Below are positions 38,028 to 46,848 of a stretch of DNA of 46,848 nt, piece by piece. The DNA comes from Acidobacteriota bacterium. Lineage in GTDB: Bacteria > Acidobacteriota > Terriglobia > Acidiferrales > UBA7541. Made by a program: the position numbers and the translations under genes. Positions within the stretch are counted from its first letter, which is position 1. Every line of letters begins with the position of its first letter. A model generated the notes under the pieces. The model ran no database searches. It saw only the letters and a program-made list of their open reading frames with translations, and was not told where the DNA came from. The DNA is taken from contig QHYP01000110.1 in NCBI GenBank assembly GCA_003224195.1, forward strand, positions 1-46,848, read 5' to 3'.

Positions 38028-38831
38028 CTAAAGGGAAAGAGGCTTGAGGGGAACGCGCTGGGAAGCGATGAGAAGTTCGCCACGGAACGTAGATTCCGCC
38101 GGGCGCCGGCTGAGCGCCTCTTCGGCCGATAAGCGAGCAAGCTCGGGATTGTTATTTTCCTCGGAGAGATGGGCGAGGACCAAGTAGCGCGCGCGGGAGT
38201 CGAAGCCTTCCGGATCGCACAGAAATTCGCTGACGGCGTGATTGGACAAATGCCCCGTGCGGCTCAAGATGCGCTGCTTGACGACCCACGGATACGGACC
38301 CGCTTTAAGCATGTCTGGATCGTGATTCGATTCGAGGATCAGGCAGTCGCACTCGCGAAGATGATGCTTGACGAGCTCGGGCAGGTAGCCCAGGTCGGTA
38401 ACAAGCCCGAGCTTCGTGCCGTTGCTACGGAACGTGAACGCGACAGGATCAGCGGCGTCATGCGGAACGGCAAAGGCGTGGACTTCAATGTCGCCAACCG
38501 CGAAGCATTGCCCGGCGTGAATGGATTCGACGCGGTTGAGACGCTTCGCCAGCGCGTCGGAGAGAACCCGATGCAACGCGTCGAGCGTCTGTTCGGTGAC
38601 AAAGAGCGGCGCTTTCCACGTCGCCAGAGCATGCGGCAAGCCGCCGCAATGGTCCGTGTGTTCGTGAGAAATCAGAATGCCGTCGAGGCGGTCGAGATCG
38701 ATGCCCACAGCGGCGAGCCGCGCCAAGGTTTCCCGCCTGCCGAGTCCAACGTCCACGAGGAGTCGGGTGTACTCGGTCTCGAGCAAGGTGATGTTGCCCG
38801 AGCTGCCCGACGCCAGAATGGACACGCGCAA
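38028..38831 (-). CDS. MBL-fold metallo-hydrolase (YycJ/WalJ-like)
   Basis: LASGSSGN, ISHEHTDH, PHDAADP, TDLG, LESNHD, YPW..KQRI....GHLSN, LAHLSEENN. Probable TTG start at 38831 behind a GGGGGAG SD. Confidence 0.88.
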   Translation of the reverse strand: MRVSILASGSSGNITLLETEYTRLLVDVGLGRRETLARLAAVGIDLDRLDGILISHEHTDHCGGLPHALATWKAPLFVTEQTLDALHRVLSDALAKRLNRVESIHAGQCFAVGDIEVHAFAVPHDAADPVAFTFRSNGTKLGLVTDLGYLPELVKHHLRECDCLILESNHDPDMLKAGPYPWVVKQRILSRTGHLSNHAVSEFLCDPEGFDSRARYLVLAHLSEENNNPELARLSAEEALSRRPAESTFRGELLIASQRVPLKPLSL

Positions 38832-39010
38832 GCCGATCGCTCCCCCCGGTTCGCCTTGCGGCAAATTTTCTGCATCATGGCAGACCGCTGTGCGCACGTC
38901 AACGGGAATTGGAACGTGAGGCGATGCCGATCGCTACCGGATGTAACGACAGAGTTCTACGTTCACCCATCAAGTCAAGTACTACCCCGAACATCTAAAA
39001 GGCAGGAGTG

Positions 39011-40288
39011 TTAGCAGGCCAGGCGGGCGCGGTCGAGCGAGAAGCCGTTGAGCGGGCCGAGGACGGTGGCGGCGACCAGGTTGGTTTGGAAGAATTCGCG
39101 AGCGATTTGCTGGACTTCTTCCCGTGTGACCGCTTCGATGGAATCGAGGATTTCATCGAGCGTGTAGAAACGCTCGAAATACAGCTCCTGCCGGGCGAGA
39201 TTGGACATCCGCGCGCTCGTGGACTCGAGCGAAAGCATCAGCGAGCCCTTGAGATGATCCTTGGCGCGGCGCAGCTCCTCTTCGGTAACGGGCGACTCCT
39301 TGAGGTTCCGGAATTCCCGCATCACCAGGTCAACCACCTTGCCCGCGGCTTCGAGCGCCGTGCCCGCGTAGACGGAGAGCATTCCGGTATCGGAGTATGG
39401 TGTCAGCTCGCTGAAAACGGCGTAGGCGAGGCCCTGCTTTTCGCGGATATTCTGAAAAAGCCGCGAGGACATGCCGCCGCCGAGAAGATTGTTGAGGACG
39501 GCGACGCCGAAGCGGCGTTCGTGCGCCAGGGGAAACGACGGCACGCCAAGGCAGAGGTGCACCTGTTCCAGGTCGCGCTTGCTCTCGAGGAGAATTGGCG
39601 CGCTGGTCCGGGGCGTGACCGGATTGCTTGCCGGGCCTGCCGGCGCAAGGCCGGCGAACTCGCGCTGGGCCAATTCGAGCACTTGCTCGTGGTGCACGTT
39701 GCCGGCGGCGGTCAAGACCAGGCGGTCCGGAGCGAACCAGGCGCGGTGATGCTCGAAGAGCGTCTCGCGAGCAAAACGGCGGACAGTTTCGGGAGTGCCG
39801 AGAATGGGCCGGCCGAGGGGATGATCCGGCCAGAAACCTTCGGTGAAAATTTCGTGGAGCAGGGATTCGGGATTGTCCTGATCCATCTTGATTTCTTCGA
39901 GGACCACCTGTCTTTCCTTTTCCACATCGCCCGCATCGAACCGTGGGCGAAGAATGAGATCGGAGATGACGTCAAAGGCGATGGGCAGGTGCTCGTCGAG
40001 CACTTTGGCGTTGAAGCAGGTGAGTTCCTTAGCGGTGAACGCATCGAGCATGCCGCCGACGGAGTCCATCGAACGGGCAATCTCTTCGGCGGAGCGGCGC
40101 TCCGTGCCCTTGAAGACCATGTGCTCGAGGAAATGGGCGATGCCGTTCTGCGCGGCGTGCTCCCGGCGAGAGCCCGTGCGAATCCAGATGCCCACGGAGA
40201 CAGAACGCACATGGGGCATCGTCTCGGTCAGGACAACCAAGCCGTTAGGCAAGACGTGCTTCTGGATGTCGCGCGCGTCGGCGGTCAT
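39011..40288 (-). CDS. M16 (pitrilysin family) zinc peptidase
   Basis: LPNGL, GSR.E, GIAHFLEHMVFKGT (HxxEH), LGGGMSSRLFQ.IREK.GLAY. Confidence 0.92.
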   Translation of the reverse strand: MTADARDIQKHVLPNGLVVLTETMPHVRSVSVGIWIRTGSRREHAAQNGIAHFLEHMVFKGTERRSAEEIARSMDSVGGMLDAFTAKELTCFNAKVLDEHLPIAFDVISDLILRPRFDAGDVEKERQVVLEEIKMDQDNPESLLHEIFTEGFWPDHPLGRPILGTPETVRRFARETLFEHHRAWFAPDRLVLTAAGNVHHEQVLELAQREFAGLAPAGPASNPVTPRTSAPILLESKRDLEQVHLCLGVPSFPLAHERRFGVAVLNNLLGGGMSSRLFQNIREKQGLAYAVFSELTPYSDTGMLSVYAGTALEAAGKVVDLVMREFRNLKESPVTEEELRRAKDHLKGSLMLSLESTSARMSNLARQELYFERFYTLDEILDSIEAVTREEVQQIAREFFQTNLVAATVLGPLNGFSLDRARLAC

Positions 40289-40361
40289 TCTCACATTCTG
40301 ACACACGGAAGCGGCGATTGCTAATTGCCACAAAGATCCGCATGCGTTTCCGTTGCCGATG

Positions 40362-40390
40362 TTGAAACACTGTTTACTCTGCGCTAGAGT
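40362..40390 (+). promoter_or_regulatory. Sigma70-like promoter
   Basis: TTGAAA-N17-TAGAGT upstream of the ORF at 40427. Confidence 0.45.
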
Positions 40391-40426
40391 CGCCTGCGCT
40401 TTATCAATGTCGCGAGGAGGGCACAG

Positions 40427-41371
40427 ATGCCCGCTGCCGAAGTGTCGATCTACGCCAGTCGCGCTCCACAGATTGTCGCGAGCAACGGCCTGCCCATCCG
40501 CGAAGATGTGGCTTATTCAGACGCTAAAGGCGAAGAGAGCGAGCGGAGCAGGAGGCGCGCGCAGGAGGCCATCGACAAGCTGCGCGACATACTGCCCAGC
40601 CTGCTCGAACCGAAGGAGGCCATTTTTTGCCTCGTCCGATGCCAGGCTCCGGTGGGTGCGCTCGAACAATTGTTTGTCGGTTGGTCCATCTACCAGATCA
40701 CTGCTACGGTGCTGGTCTTTACGAACCTGCGGGTCATCCATCTGGGTGTGGACTCCAAGGGCAAATGGAAGCGCACCCTGAGAAGTGTTCGCTGGGGCGA
40801 CATCGCGGAGGCAAGAATCAAAGGGTGGGGCAGCAAGGTGCTCGCCCTCAAGTACGCAAGCGGGAAAAAGGAAAATTACTGGCGGCTTCGCAGAAGAGAC
40901 GCAAAGAAAGTAAAAACCCTCCTGGAAATCCTGATTCCCGCCAGCCGCGGGGATATGACAGCGGCCCAGGAAATGGTTGCGCTTTGCCCCGACTGCCGCG
41001 CGCGGCTTACCCCTGAAAAGTATCGCTGCGAGTCCTGCCGGCTGGCTTTCAAAGACGAAAAGACGCTGCTCCGCCGTACTCTCCTGATACCTGGAGGCGG
41101 CTACTGGTACGCCGGCCTGTGGCCACTGGGCCTGATGAGCTTTTTTGGAGAAGGGGTTCTTACCTTACTTGTGATTACTCAGATCTTGTTGGCAACTGGC
41201 ATCGTCACATCGGAAGGCAAGCCGGGCTCCGCACAGTCAACCTCTGCCGGATTCTGGACCGCAGCGGCGATCTTGGCCCTGTTGCTTGCTTTGGAAAAAG
41301 CGCTTGCCTATATCCATACGCGGCGCGTAATCCGAACATTCCTTCCGTTACAGAAGCCCGGCCAGGTCTGA
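40427..41371 (+). CDS. Hypothetical membrane protein (PH-like segment, CxxC zinc ribbon, TM helices)
   Basis: SD GAGGAGG; LVFTNLRVI; CPDC-x10-CESC; PGGGYWY followed by TM helices. Confidence 0.7.
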   Translation: MPAAEVSIYASRAPQIVASNGLPIREDVAYSDAKGEESERSRRRAQEAIDKLRDILPSLLEPKEAIFCLVRCQAPVGALEQLFVGWSIYQITATVLVFTNLRVIHLGVDSKGKWKRTLRSVRWGDIAEARIKGWGSKVLALKYASGKKENYWRLRRRDAKKVKTLLEILIPASRGDMTAAQEMVALCPDCRARLTPEKYRCESCRLAFKDEKTLLRRTLLIPGGGYWYAGLWPLGLMSFFGEGVLTLLVITQILLATGIVTSEGKPGSAQSTSAGFWTAAAILALLLALEKALAYIHTRRVIRTFLPLQKPGQV

Positions 41372-41426
41372 CCGGTACCAAAGACGGGCGCAATCCGACT
41401 TAGAAAATGAATCGCGAGAACTGCTC

Positions 41427-42005
41427 TTACAAGAGCTTCTCCGAAGGATTGAGCTTGCCGTATTCGCTCGTATAGTGGAGCGGTACATCCATGTACTTGC
41501 CCTGCTCGCGCAGGTAAATCTCGCAACTGTCATAAGGATAGGAATAAACGTGGATGCTCACGGCCTGCCGGGCATACTCCGCCGGGTTCAGCACTTGATG
41601 CACGGGCTGGTCCGGATCAACGTATGCGGGGTGCTCGGGGTCCATGTCGTAGGCGTCCGTTGGAGCGAGCCGGCAGCTGCCGCACGAGGCGTCTTGGTCT
41701 TCCACGCGAAAGTTTTGCACCCGGAGGCGGCCGATCGGCGTGGCCATCCAGCAATGCTGGCCGCGATGATTGTGAATGCGGCTGACCTGCCCGATTTCCC
41801 AGCAGATGGCCAGGCATTCAAAAAGCGTGCACTTGTGAATCAGATTGCGGGTGTAGTTGCCCTTCGAGAAGAACAGATACTTGTCGAGAGATTCCGGGAT
41901 GATGGCGTGCCGGGAGAAGTAGTCATGCACGCGCTCGATGGTGAACTCGCGCTCGCGAATGGCCGTCAGGCCTTCGACCCAATTGTGGATCTGGAGTTTT
42001 TTCAT
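41427..42005 (-). CDS. Cysteine dioxygenase family cupin
   Basis: ATG 42005 with SD GGAGGGAGGAG; YTRNL, CW..GQ.S.IHNH....C, VHQV.N, SIHVYS.P. Confidence 0.85.
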   Translation of the reverse strand: MKKLQIHNWVEGLTAIREREFTIERVHDYFSRHAIIPESLDKYLFFSKGNYTRNLIHKCTLFECLAICWEIGQVSRIHNHRGQHCWMATPIGRLRVQNFRVEDQDASCGSCRLAPTDAYDMDPEHPAYVDPDQPVHQVLNPAEYARQAVSIHVYSYPYDSCEIYLREQGKYMDVPLHYTSEYGKLNPSEKLL

Positions 42006-42137
42006 TCTCTCCTCCCTCCAGCAAGCAAAGCTCCGGAATCCCGGCGTGCCGATTATACCGCTGCGCGGCCATGGCTGGCGTTTGCGAACCGGTTCGGACG
42101 GCATGCTACGATGAGGGGAACGAAAACGGGACTCTCC

Positions 42138-43223
42138 ATGCCTGCCGAACTTCTGGGAAAAGACCGCGAAGAGCTGCGAACGTTCTGCAAAGGCCTGGGC
42201 GAACCGGCTTTCCGCGGCGCGCAGCTTTATCACGCTGTGTATGCGGAGAGGAAATTCGACTTTGCCCGGATGACCAATCTCCCCGCGGCGCTCCGGGAGC
42301 GGCTTGCCACCGAGGCCCGAATCTCGTTGCCGGAGATTCGGCGGAGATTCAAATCGCAGGACGGTTCGGCGCGGTATCTGCTTGACTTGCCGCCGGACGA
42401 AGAGCGCAGAACCAGGAATCTTCTCGGGGAACATCCGGCAGCGCAAAGAACTTCGATCGAAGCTGTTTTCATGCCGAGCGAGGGTCGGCAGACGATTTGC
42501 ATTTCGACGCAAGCGGGCTGCGCCGTGGACTGTCATTTTTGCCTGACGGCGCAACTCGGCTTGATTCGCAATTTGACGCCGGGAGAAATTCTGGCACAGG
42601 TGCTCCTGCCGCTCGAAGAGCACAAGTCGGACCTTGCGCCGCAGACCAACGTCGTGCTGATGGGGCAGGGCGAGCCGCTGCTGAATTTCGACGCGGTGAT
42701 GACCGCAGTCCGCATCTTGCTCGACCCGGATGGCGTGGCGCTCTCGCCGAAGCACGTGACGCTTTCCACGAGCGGGATCGTGCCGGGGATCGAACGCCTG
42801 GCAAAAGAACCGGTGCGGCCCAAGCTGGCGATCTCGCTGAACGCATCGCAGGACGAGCAGCGCGACGCGCTGATGCCGATCAATCGGAAGTATCCGCTGG
42901 CGATGCTGCTCGAAGCGGGCCGCAAGTATCCGCTGAGGCCGTGGGAGTGGCTGACCTTTGAATACGTGCTGCTCGGCGGAGTGAACGATTCGCCGGAAGA
43001 TGCGCGGCGGGTGGTGCGGCTGCTCGCCCATTTGAAGGCCAAGGTGAACCTGATACCGTGGAATCCAGGTGAGCTGCCCTACGACGAGCCGAGCGCGGAC
43101 CGCGTGGAAGAGTTCCGGCGGATTCTCGCGGAGAAGGGCGTGCCGGTGTTTGTTCGATACTCGCGCGGGCGCGACGTGATGGCCGCGTGCGGGCAGTTGG
43201 CGCTCGTCGAAATTCAAGGTTAG
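42138..43223 (+). CDS. rlmN: Dual-specificity RNA methyltransferase RlmN
   Basis: GEPAFRG.QL, S.DGS, TICISTQAGCAVDCHFC, RNLT.GEI, MGQGEP, LAISLN, FEYVLL.GVND, AACGQL. Confidence 0.95.
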   Translation: MPAELLGKDREELRTFCKGLGEPAFRGAQLYHAVYAERKFDFARMTNLPAALRERLATEARISLPEIRRRFKSQDGSARYLLDLPPDEERRTRNLLGEHPAAQRTSIEAVFMPSEGRQTICISTQAGCAVDCHFCLTAQLGLIRNLTPGEILAQVLLPLEEHKSDLAPQTNVVLMGQGEPLLNFDAVMTAVRILLDPDGVALSPKHVTLSTSGIVPGIERLAKEPVRPKLAISLNASQDEQRDALMPINRKYPLAMLLEAGRKYPLRPWEWLTFEYVLLGGVNDSPEDARRVVRLLAHLKAKVNLIPWNPGELPYDEPSADRVEEFRRILAEKGVPVFVRYSRGRDVMAACGQLALVEIQG

Positions 43224-44155
43224 TGTTCCGAATATCCGAGTGACTCGCGGAGGCCGATGACGGCCATGAGGCGGCCGGAGTGCGGACCTTCTTTGCGATA
43301 GCTGAAGAAAAAGTCAGTGTGGCAGGCGGTGCAAAGATCGCTGACGAAAATATTTTCCTCTCGGACGCCCGCTTCCAGAAGGTGACAGCGATTCGCTTTG
43401 CGCAAATCGAGAAGAACGTTTTTCGGCGGGGGCTGGTGTCCCGGCGGCGCCATGCTGAGCCACTGCAGTGGATTGGGCGCATCTCCGGTGCGCAGCTCAT
43501 CAAACCACTCTGCGGCATTCGCGAATTGCGCCGCGAAGGCGGACGCGACTTCGGTGCCGACTTCGTAGCAGCAACCGCCAATCGCTGGGCCGAGAGTGGC
43601 GATAAGGTCTGCGGAGCGCGAGCCAAACTCCATCTGCATGCGGCCAATGGTTTTCTGCACGATTCGTTGCAGCGTGCCGCGCCAGCCCGCGTGAACGGCA
43701 GCCACGGAGTGGCGGCACGGATCGACGAGAAGAATCGGCACGCAATCGGCGGTCTGCACGCCGAGAAGCAGACCGGGACGATTCGTTGCAGATGCGTCAC
43801 CGCGACAGACTTCTGCCGGCGCTTTGTCGAAGAGGCATACTACGTCCGAATGAAATTGCCTTAGAGAGACGAGTGCCATGTCTGGCGCGCCAAGGGCCGA
43901 CTGCAGGCGCCGGCGATTTTCCAGGACATTTTCGCCGCTGTCCCAGTCTGTGAAGCCGAGATTGAGTACGAGCTTGCCCCCTAGCTCGCTCACTCCGCCG
44001 GGGCGCGTGCTGAAGCCATGGACGAGCCAGGGAAACTTAGTGAGGGCGGCAAGTTGCAGGACGCGCAGGCCGTCCTTTTGCACTTCGACCCAATCGGGTA
44101 CAAAGCGAGAGCGGCCACGCTTCGATGCGGCGCGCCTTTTTGCCAACGTCTTCAT
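43220..44155 (-). CDS. pgeF: Peptidoglycan editing factor / YfiH-like purine nucleoside phosphorylase
   Basis: HGFSTR.GG, LNLG, QFHS, TADCVPILL, VHAGWRG, GPAIG.CCYEV, CTAC....FFSYR. ATG at 44155. Confidence 0.9.
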   Translation of the reverse strand: MKTLAKRRAASKRGRSRFVPDWVEVQKDGLRVLQLAALTKFPWLVHGFSTRPGGVSELGGKLVLNLGFTDWDSGENVLENRRRLQSALGAPDMALVSLRQFHSDVVCLFDKAPAEVCRGDASATNRPGLLLGVQTADCVPILLVDPCRHSVAAVHAGWRGTLQRIVQKTIGRMQMEFGSRSADLIATLGPAIGGCCYEVGTEVASAFAAQFANAAEWFDELRTGDAPNPLQWLSMAPPGHQPPPKNVLLDLRKANRCHLLEAGVREENIFVSDLCTACHTDFFFSYRKEGPHSGRLMAVIGLRESLGYSEH

Positions 44156-44235
44156 GGAAGCCACAACATTACCAGTATAATCGCAGCCGCGAGCGGAGCA
44201 TCTTTCCGCGGCGCGGCAAACCAAACGGAGCGCAA

Positions 44236-44613
44236 GTGATCGTCGGACTGGGTTTGGACATTGCGGAAGTGGAGCGGGTGCGGGCTGCGATTGAGCGGCA
44301 CGGGCCCCCGTTTGTGCGGCGAGTGTACACTGCCGCCGAGGCAGCGTACTGCGAGGGATTTCGCAACAAATACGAGCGGTACGCCGGGCGGTTCGCGGCG
44401 AAAGAGGCGACGATGAAGGCGCTCGGGACCGGCTGGCGGAGCGGCATTCGCTGGCAGGACATCGAAGTGGTGCGCGAGCCGAGCGGGCGGCCGACGCTGG
44501 CGCTGAGCGGCGCGGCACGCGCGCTGGCGGACAAGCTCGGCGTGAAACGCATCTCTCTCTCGATCACGCACACGGCTCAACAGGCGCTCGCACAGGTCAT
44601 CTTCGAGACGTAA
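44236..44613 (+). CDS. acpS: Holo-ACP synthase
   Basis: GTG start with GGAG SD; IVGLGLDI, AGRFAAKEA.MKALGTG, SG.P, LSITH. Confidence 0.93.
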   Translation: MIVGLGLDIAEVERVRAAIERHGPPFVRRVYTAAEAAYCEGFRNKYERYAGRFAAKEATMKALGTGWRSGIRWQDIEVVREPSGRPTLALSGAARALADKLGVKRISLSITHTAQQALAQVIFET

Positions 44614-46067
44614 GCCGCAAGACTTTCTTCCGATACAGGATCCGCGAGCAGGCGATTTTCTTCCCTGCCAGTCACGCGCACATCAAGCCAAGCGTTTGGC
44701 GGAAATGAGCCATCGACGCGGACGCGCAGATAGTGGCTCGAAAGCGCGTCGGTGGTTTTCGCGGCGATTTCCGCTGCGGTGTGCAGAGTCAAAACGCGCA
44801 TCTTCTTTCCCACTTGGGCGTTGAGAAATTCAGCGGATTTCTTGGCGGCAAGAGCGCGAAGTTCGTGGGCGCGGCGGCGGACGATCGCGGGCGCGACCTG
44901 GCTGGAGAGATTTGCAGCGGCGGTGCCGGGGCGCTCGGAAAACGAGAACACGTGAAGATAGGTGAACGGAAGCCGGGCGATGAAGTCGAGCGTGGCGGCG
45001 TGGTCTTGCTCGGTTTCGCCGGGAAAGCCGGCAATGACGTCGGCACCGATGGCGGCGTACGGCAACAGCTCACCGATCAGCTCGACTCGCCGGGCATAGT
45101 GCTCGGCGCGATACCAGCGGTGCATTGCGGCGAGGGTGCGGTCCGAGCCAGATTGCAGAGGGATGTGAAAATGCTGCGCGACGCGGCCAGTGGCGGCGAA
45201 GAGATCGACCAGGTCGCGGGTGACGTCCATGGGTTCGATGGAGCTGACGCGGAGACGTTCGATGGAGGTTTCGTCGAGGATGCGCTTCAGCAGATCGACA
45301 AATTCGACGCGCGGGGTGAGATCGCGGCCCCAGGCGCCGAGATTGATCCCGCTCAGGACGATTTCGCGCGCGCCGGCGGCGAGGAGAGCGCGGATTTCGC
45401 GGAGAACATCGTTTGGCGGGAGGCTGCGGCTGCGTCCGCGCACGAAAGGGATCACGCAGTACGAGCAGCGGTTGTTGCAACCGTCCTGAATCTTGAGGAT
45501 GGGCCGCGTATGGCCCGCAGCGATGCTATCGAGGCCGGCATCGTCGCCGGAAACGGGAGCGGAGAAGATGTCCGCTTGTTCAAAAATATTGCCGGTGAGG
45601 ATTTTGGCGGGGCCGCGCGCGAGAGACATCTCCACGTGTGACCGCGACCTGGTCGGGGCCAACGGCTGGGCATCGAATACGGTTAAGGGAACCAATGCGG
45701 ATGACTGCGGCGAAGTGGAGCGCTGCGCGGCCAGCTCGCCAAAGAGGCGAGGAATTTCCGGCTTGTGGGAATTGCCGACGACCCAGTCCACGCCGGGAAG
45801 GGCGGCGAGTTCTTCCGGGGCGCGCTGGGCATAACAGCCCGTGACCAGGATACGGGCGGCGGGATTGCGGCGGTGAATTGCGCGGATGGCTTCGCGGGCC
45901 TGGGCGTCGGCGGCGGCGGTGACTGTGCAGGTGTTCACAACGACGACATCGGCGGCGGCTGAGCCGGGTGCAGGAGCGGCGCCGCGTTCGCGGAGTTGGC
46001 GCTCGATGGCGGCGGCGTCAGCCTGGGTGGCGCGGCAGCCGAACTGTTCGATGTAAAAGGTGGCCAT
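44577..46067 (-). CDS. mtaB: tRNA t6A37 methylthiotransferase (MtaB)
   Basis: FGCRA.Q.D, VNTCTVT, VTGCYAQ, RPILKIQDGCNNRCSYCVIP.VRG.SRS, SSIEP, HFHIPLQSG, GFPGET, HVFSFS.RPGT. The 3' end overlaps acpS by 37 nt. Confidence 0.9.
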   Translation of the reverse strand: MATFYIEQFGCRATQADAAAIERQLRERGAAPAPGSAAADVVVVNTCTVTAAADAQAREAIRAIHRRNPAARILVTGCYAQRAPEELAALPGVDWVVGNSHKPEIPRLFGELAAQRSTSPQSSALVPLTVFDAQPLAPTRSRSHVEMSLARGPAKILTGNIFEQADIFSAPVSGDDAGLDSIAAGHTRPILKIQDGCNNRCSYCVIPFVRGRSRSLPPNDVLREIRALLAAGAREIVLSGINLGAWGRDLTPRVEFVDLLKRILDETSIERLRVSSIEPMDVTRDLVDLFAATGRVAQHFHIPLQSGSDRTLAAMHRWYRAEHYARRVELIGELLPYAAIGADVIAGFPGETEQDHAATLDFIARLPFTYLHVFSFSERPGTAAANLSSQVAPAIVRRRAHELRALAAKKSAEFLNAQVGKKMRVLTLHTAAEIAAKTTDALSSHYLRVRVDGSFPPNAWLDVRVTGREENRLLADPVSEESLAAYVSKMTCASAC

Positions 46068-46660
46068 CGCTAGCGAAAGTTGTCTTTGGAAGCTCCCAGA
46101 ATACTCGGCCATGCGGGTGTTCGCAAAGGCAGTACGGAGTGGAGGCGGAAGGTTGAAATGCCAAAGGTCCCAGGGTCGAAGAGTCTCGCAGGCTTGAATC
46201 TAGTCGCTGCGACTTGGAAAGACGCCCCTCGGCGCTGGACTTCTCGCGGTCCGCATCCCCGTCTGGATGCGGAGAAAAGTACCCCCTACCCCCACCCCGG
46301 GTGTTTTTCGCAAAGAGTGCAGGAGTGCTTGAAAACAAAGGCGTTGACATTTTGAGGCGTGCAAAAGAGTGCGCAAGTGTATGAGCCGAAAGGGGTCAGA
46401 TAGGGAACGTGAGTAGGGGTCTGATTCTCCAGGAGTTAGGCAGTTGAGAAGTCCGCCGAGGCCCACCGGACTGCCGAAACCGGAGATACCTATGGGTTCG
46501 GCAAGCTCACCACAGGTCCTTGCGGGATAGTAAGAGAGATCCCTCGGCTCCCTTCGGTCGCTCGGGATTCGCATCCTCGTCGGATGCTCAATTGTCAAAG
46601 AGCAGATGCTCCGGGCTTGCCGGAAGGAGGCATTCCTGCAAATGCTTAACCGATTTATGT
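46068..46660 (-). other. Long structured non-coding leader with boxA and REP-like hairpins
   Basis: No credible CDS. Contains TGCTCTTTGACAA (46604-46592), repeated GCATCC..GGATGC hairpins and REP-like palindromes. Confidence 0.5.
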
Positions 46661-46665
46661 TAGGA

Positions 46666-46694
46666 ATGTTAACACAGAAGTACAGATATGTCAA
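46666..46694 (-). promoter_or_regulatory. Near-consensus sigma70 promoter with extended -10
   Basis: TTGACA-N17-TAACAT with TG one base upstream of the -10 hexamer. Confidence 0.65.
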
Positions 46695-46848
46695 ACGATA
46701 TTTCTATGTGCTTGAGGAGCAAAGGGATACGCGGGAATCGCGGCGAGGCGGTTCAGAGGAGCGGTGAAGCAGGGCCCATCGTAGCACAGGAAATACTCAG
46801 ATGGTAAGGCCCTGCCTAGTTGCTCTTAGGGACGGCTTGGGGAAAATG

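Noticed and set aside
39008-40324. 438-aa plus-strand ORF mirroring the M16 peptidase
   Set aside because: Almost exactly antisense to a well-supported gene; no independent evidence.
41427-43223. 596-aa and 582-aa ORFs suggesting CDO or RlmN fusions
   Set aside because: Each is a real gene extended through the antisense frame of its divergent neighbour. The likely starts are 42005 (-) and 42138 (+).
46282-46298. Possible G-quadruplex (GGGGTGGGGGTAGGGGG on the minus strand)
   Set aside because: Only three G-tracts; insufficient for a canonical three-tier intramolecular G4.
46200-46694. 164-aa and other ORFs in the terminal region
   Set aside because: They start inside promoter elements, run through palindromic repeats, and have no SD or recognisable motifs.

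Overview
A GC-rich bacterial chromosomal segment, densely coding and mostly housekeeping. Gene content and protein style suggest Acidobacteriota (inference, not checked). From left to right: TPR-ispE-prs-rplY (minus strand); an arsR-arsM-arsC cassette; a psuG remnant next to pfkB-btpA; purH; selA; larB; futalosine/menaquinone genes ubiX-ubiA-mqnE; osmC; a GT2 glycosyltransferase; aminopeptidase P; efp; purB; an ECF sigma/zinc anti-sigma/double HEAT-repeat operon; a lysine-riboswitch-led M20-dapB-dapA-dapD operon; an M16 peptidase; a cysteine dioxygenase; rlmN; pgeF; acpS; mtaB. I saw no rRNA, tRNA, CRISPR array, transposase or phage genes. The most unusual signals are non-coding: (1) a roughly 600-nt structured leader upstream of mtaB with rRNA-operon-like tandem promoters and a hairpin+boxA element, but no rRNA; (2) an enlarged lysine riboswitch with extra helices; (3) a roughly 117-nt rod-like RNA with competing pairings that covers the RBS of a small Zn-ribbon membrane protein; (4) a CTAG-flanked MITE-like element. 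Several genes also carry small lesions: a 19-bp duplication frameshift, dapA catalytic Lys to Thr, an internal deletion of psuG and a 6-bp duplication in larB. These may be real or assembly errors. All family assignments come from motifs recognised by eye; no searches were run.
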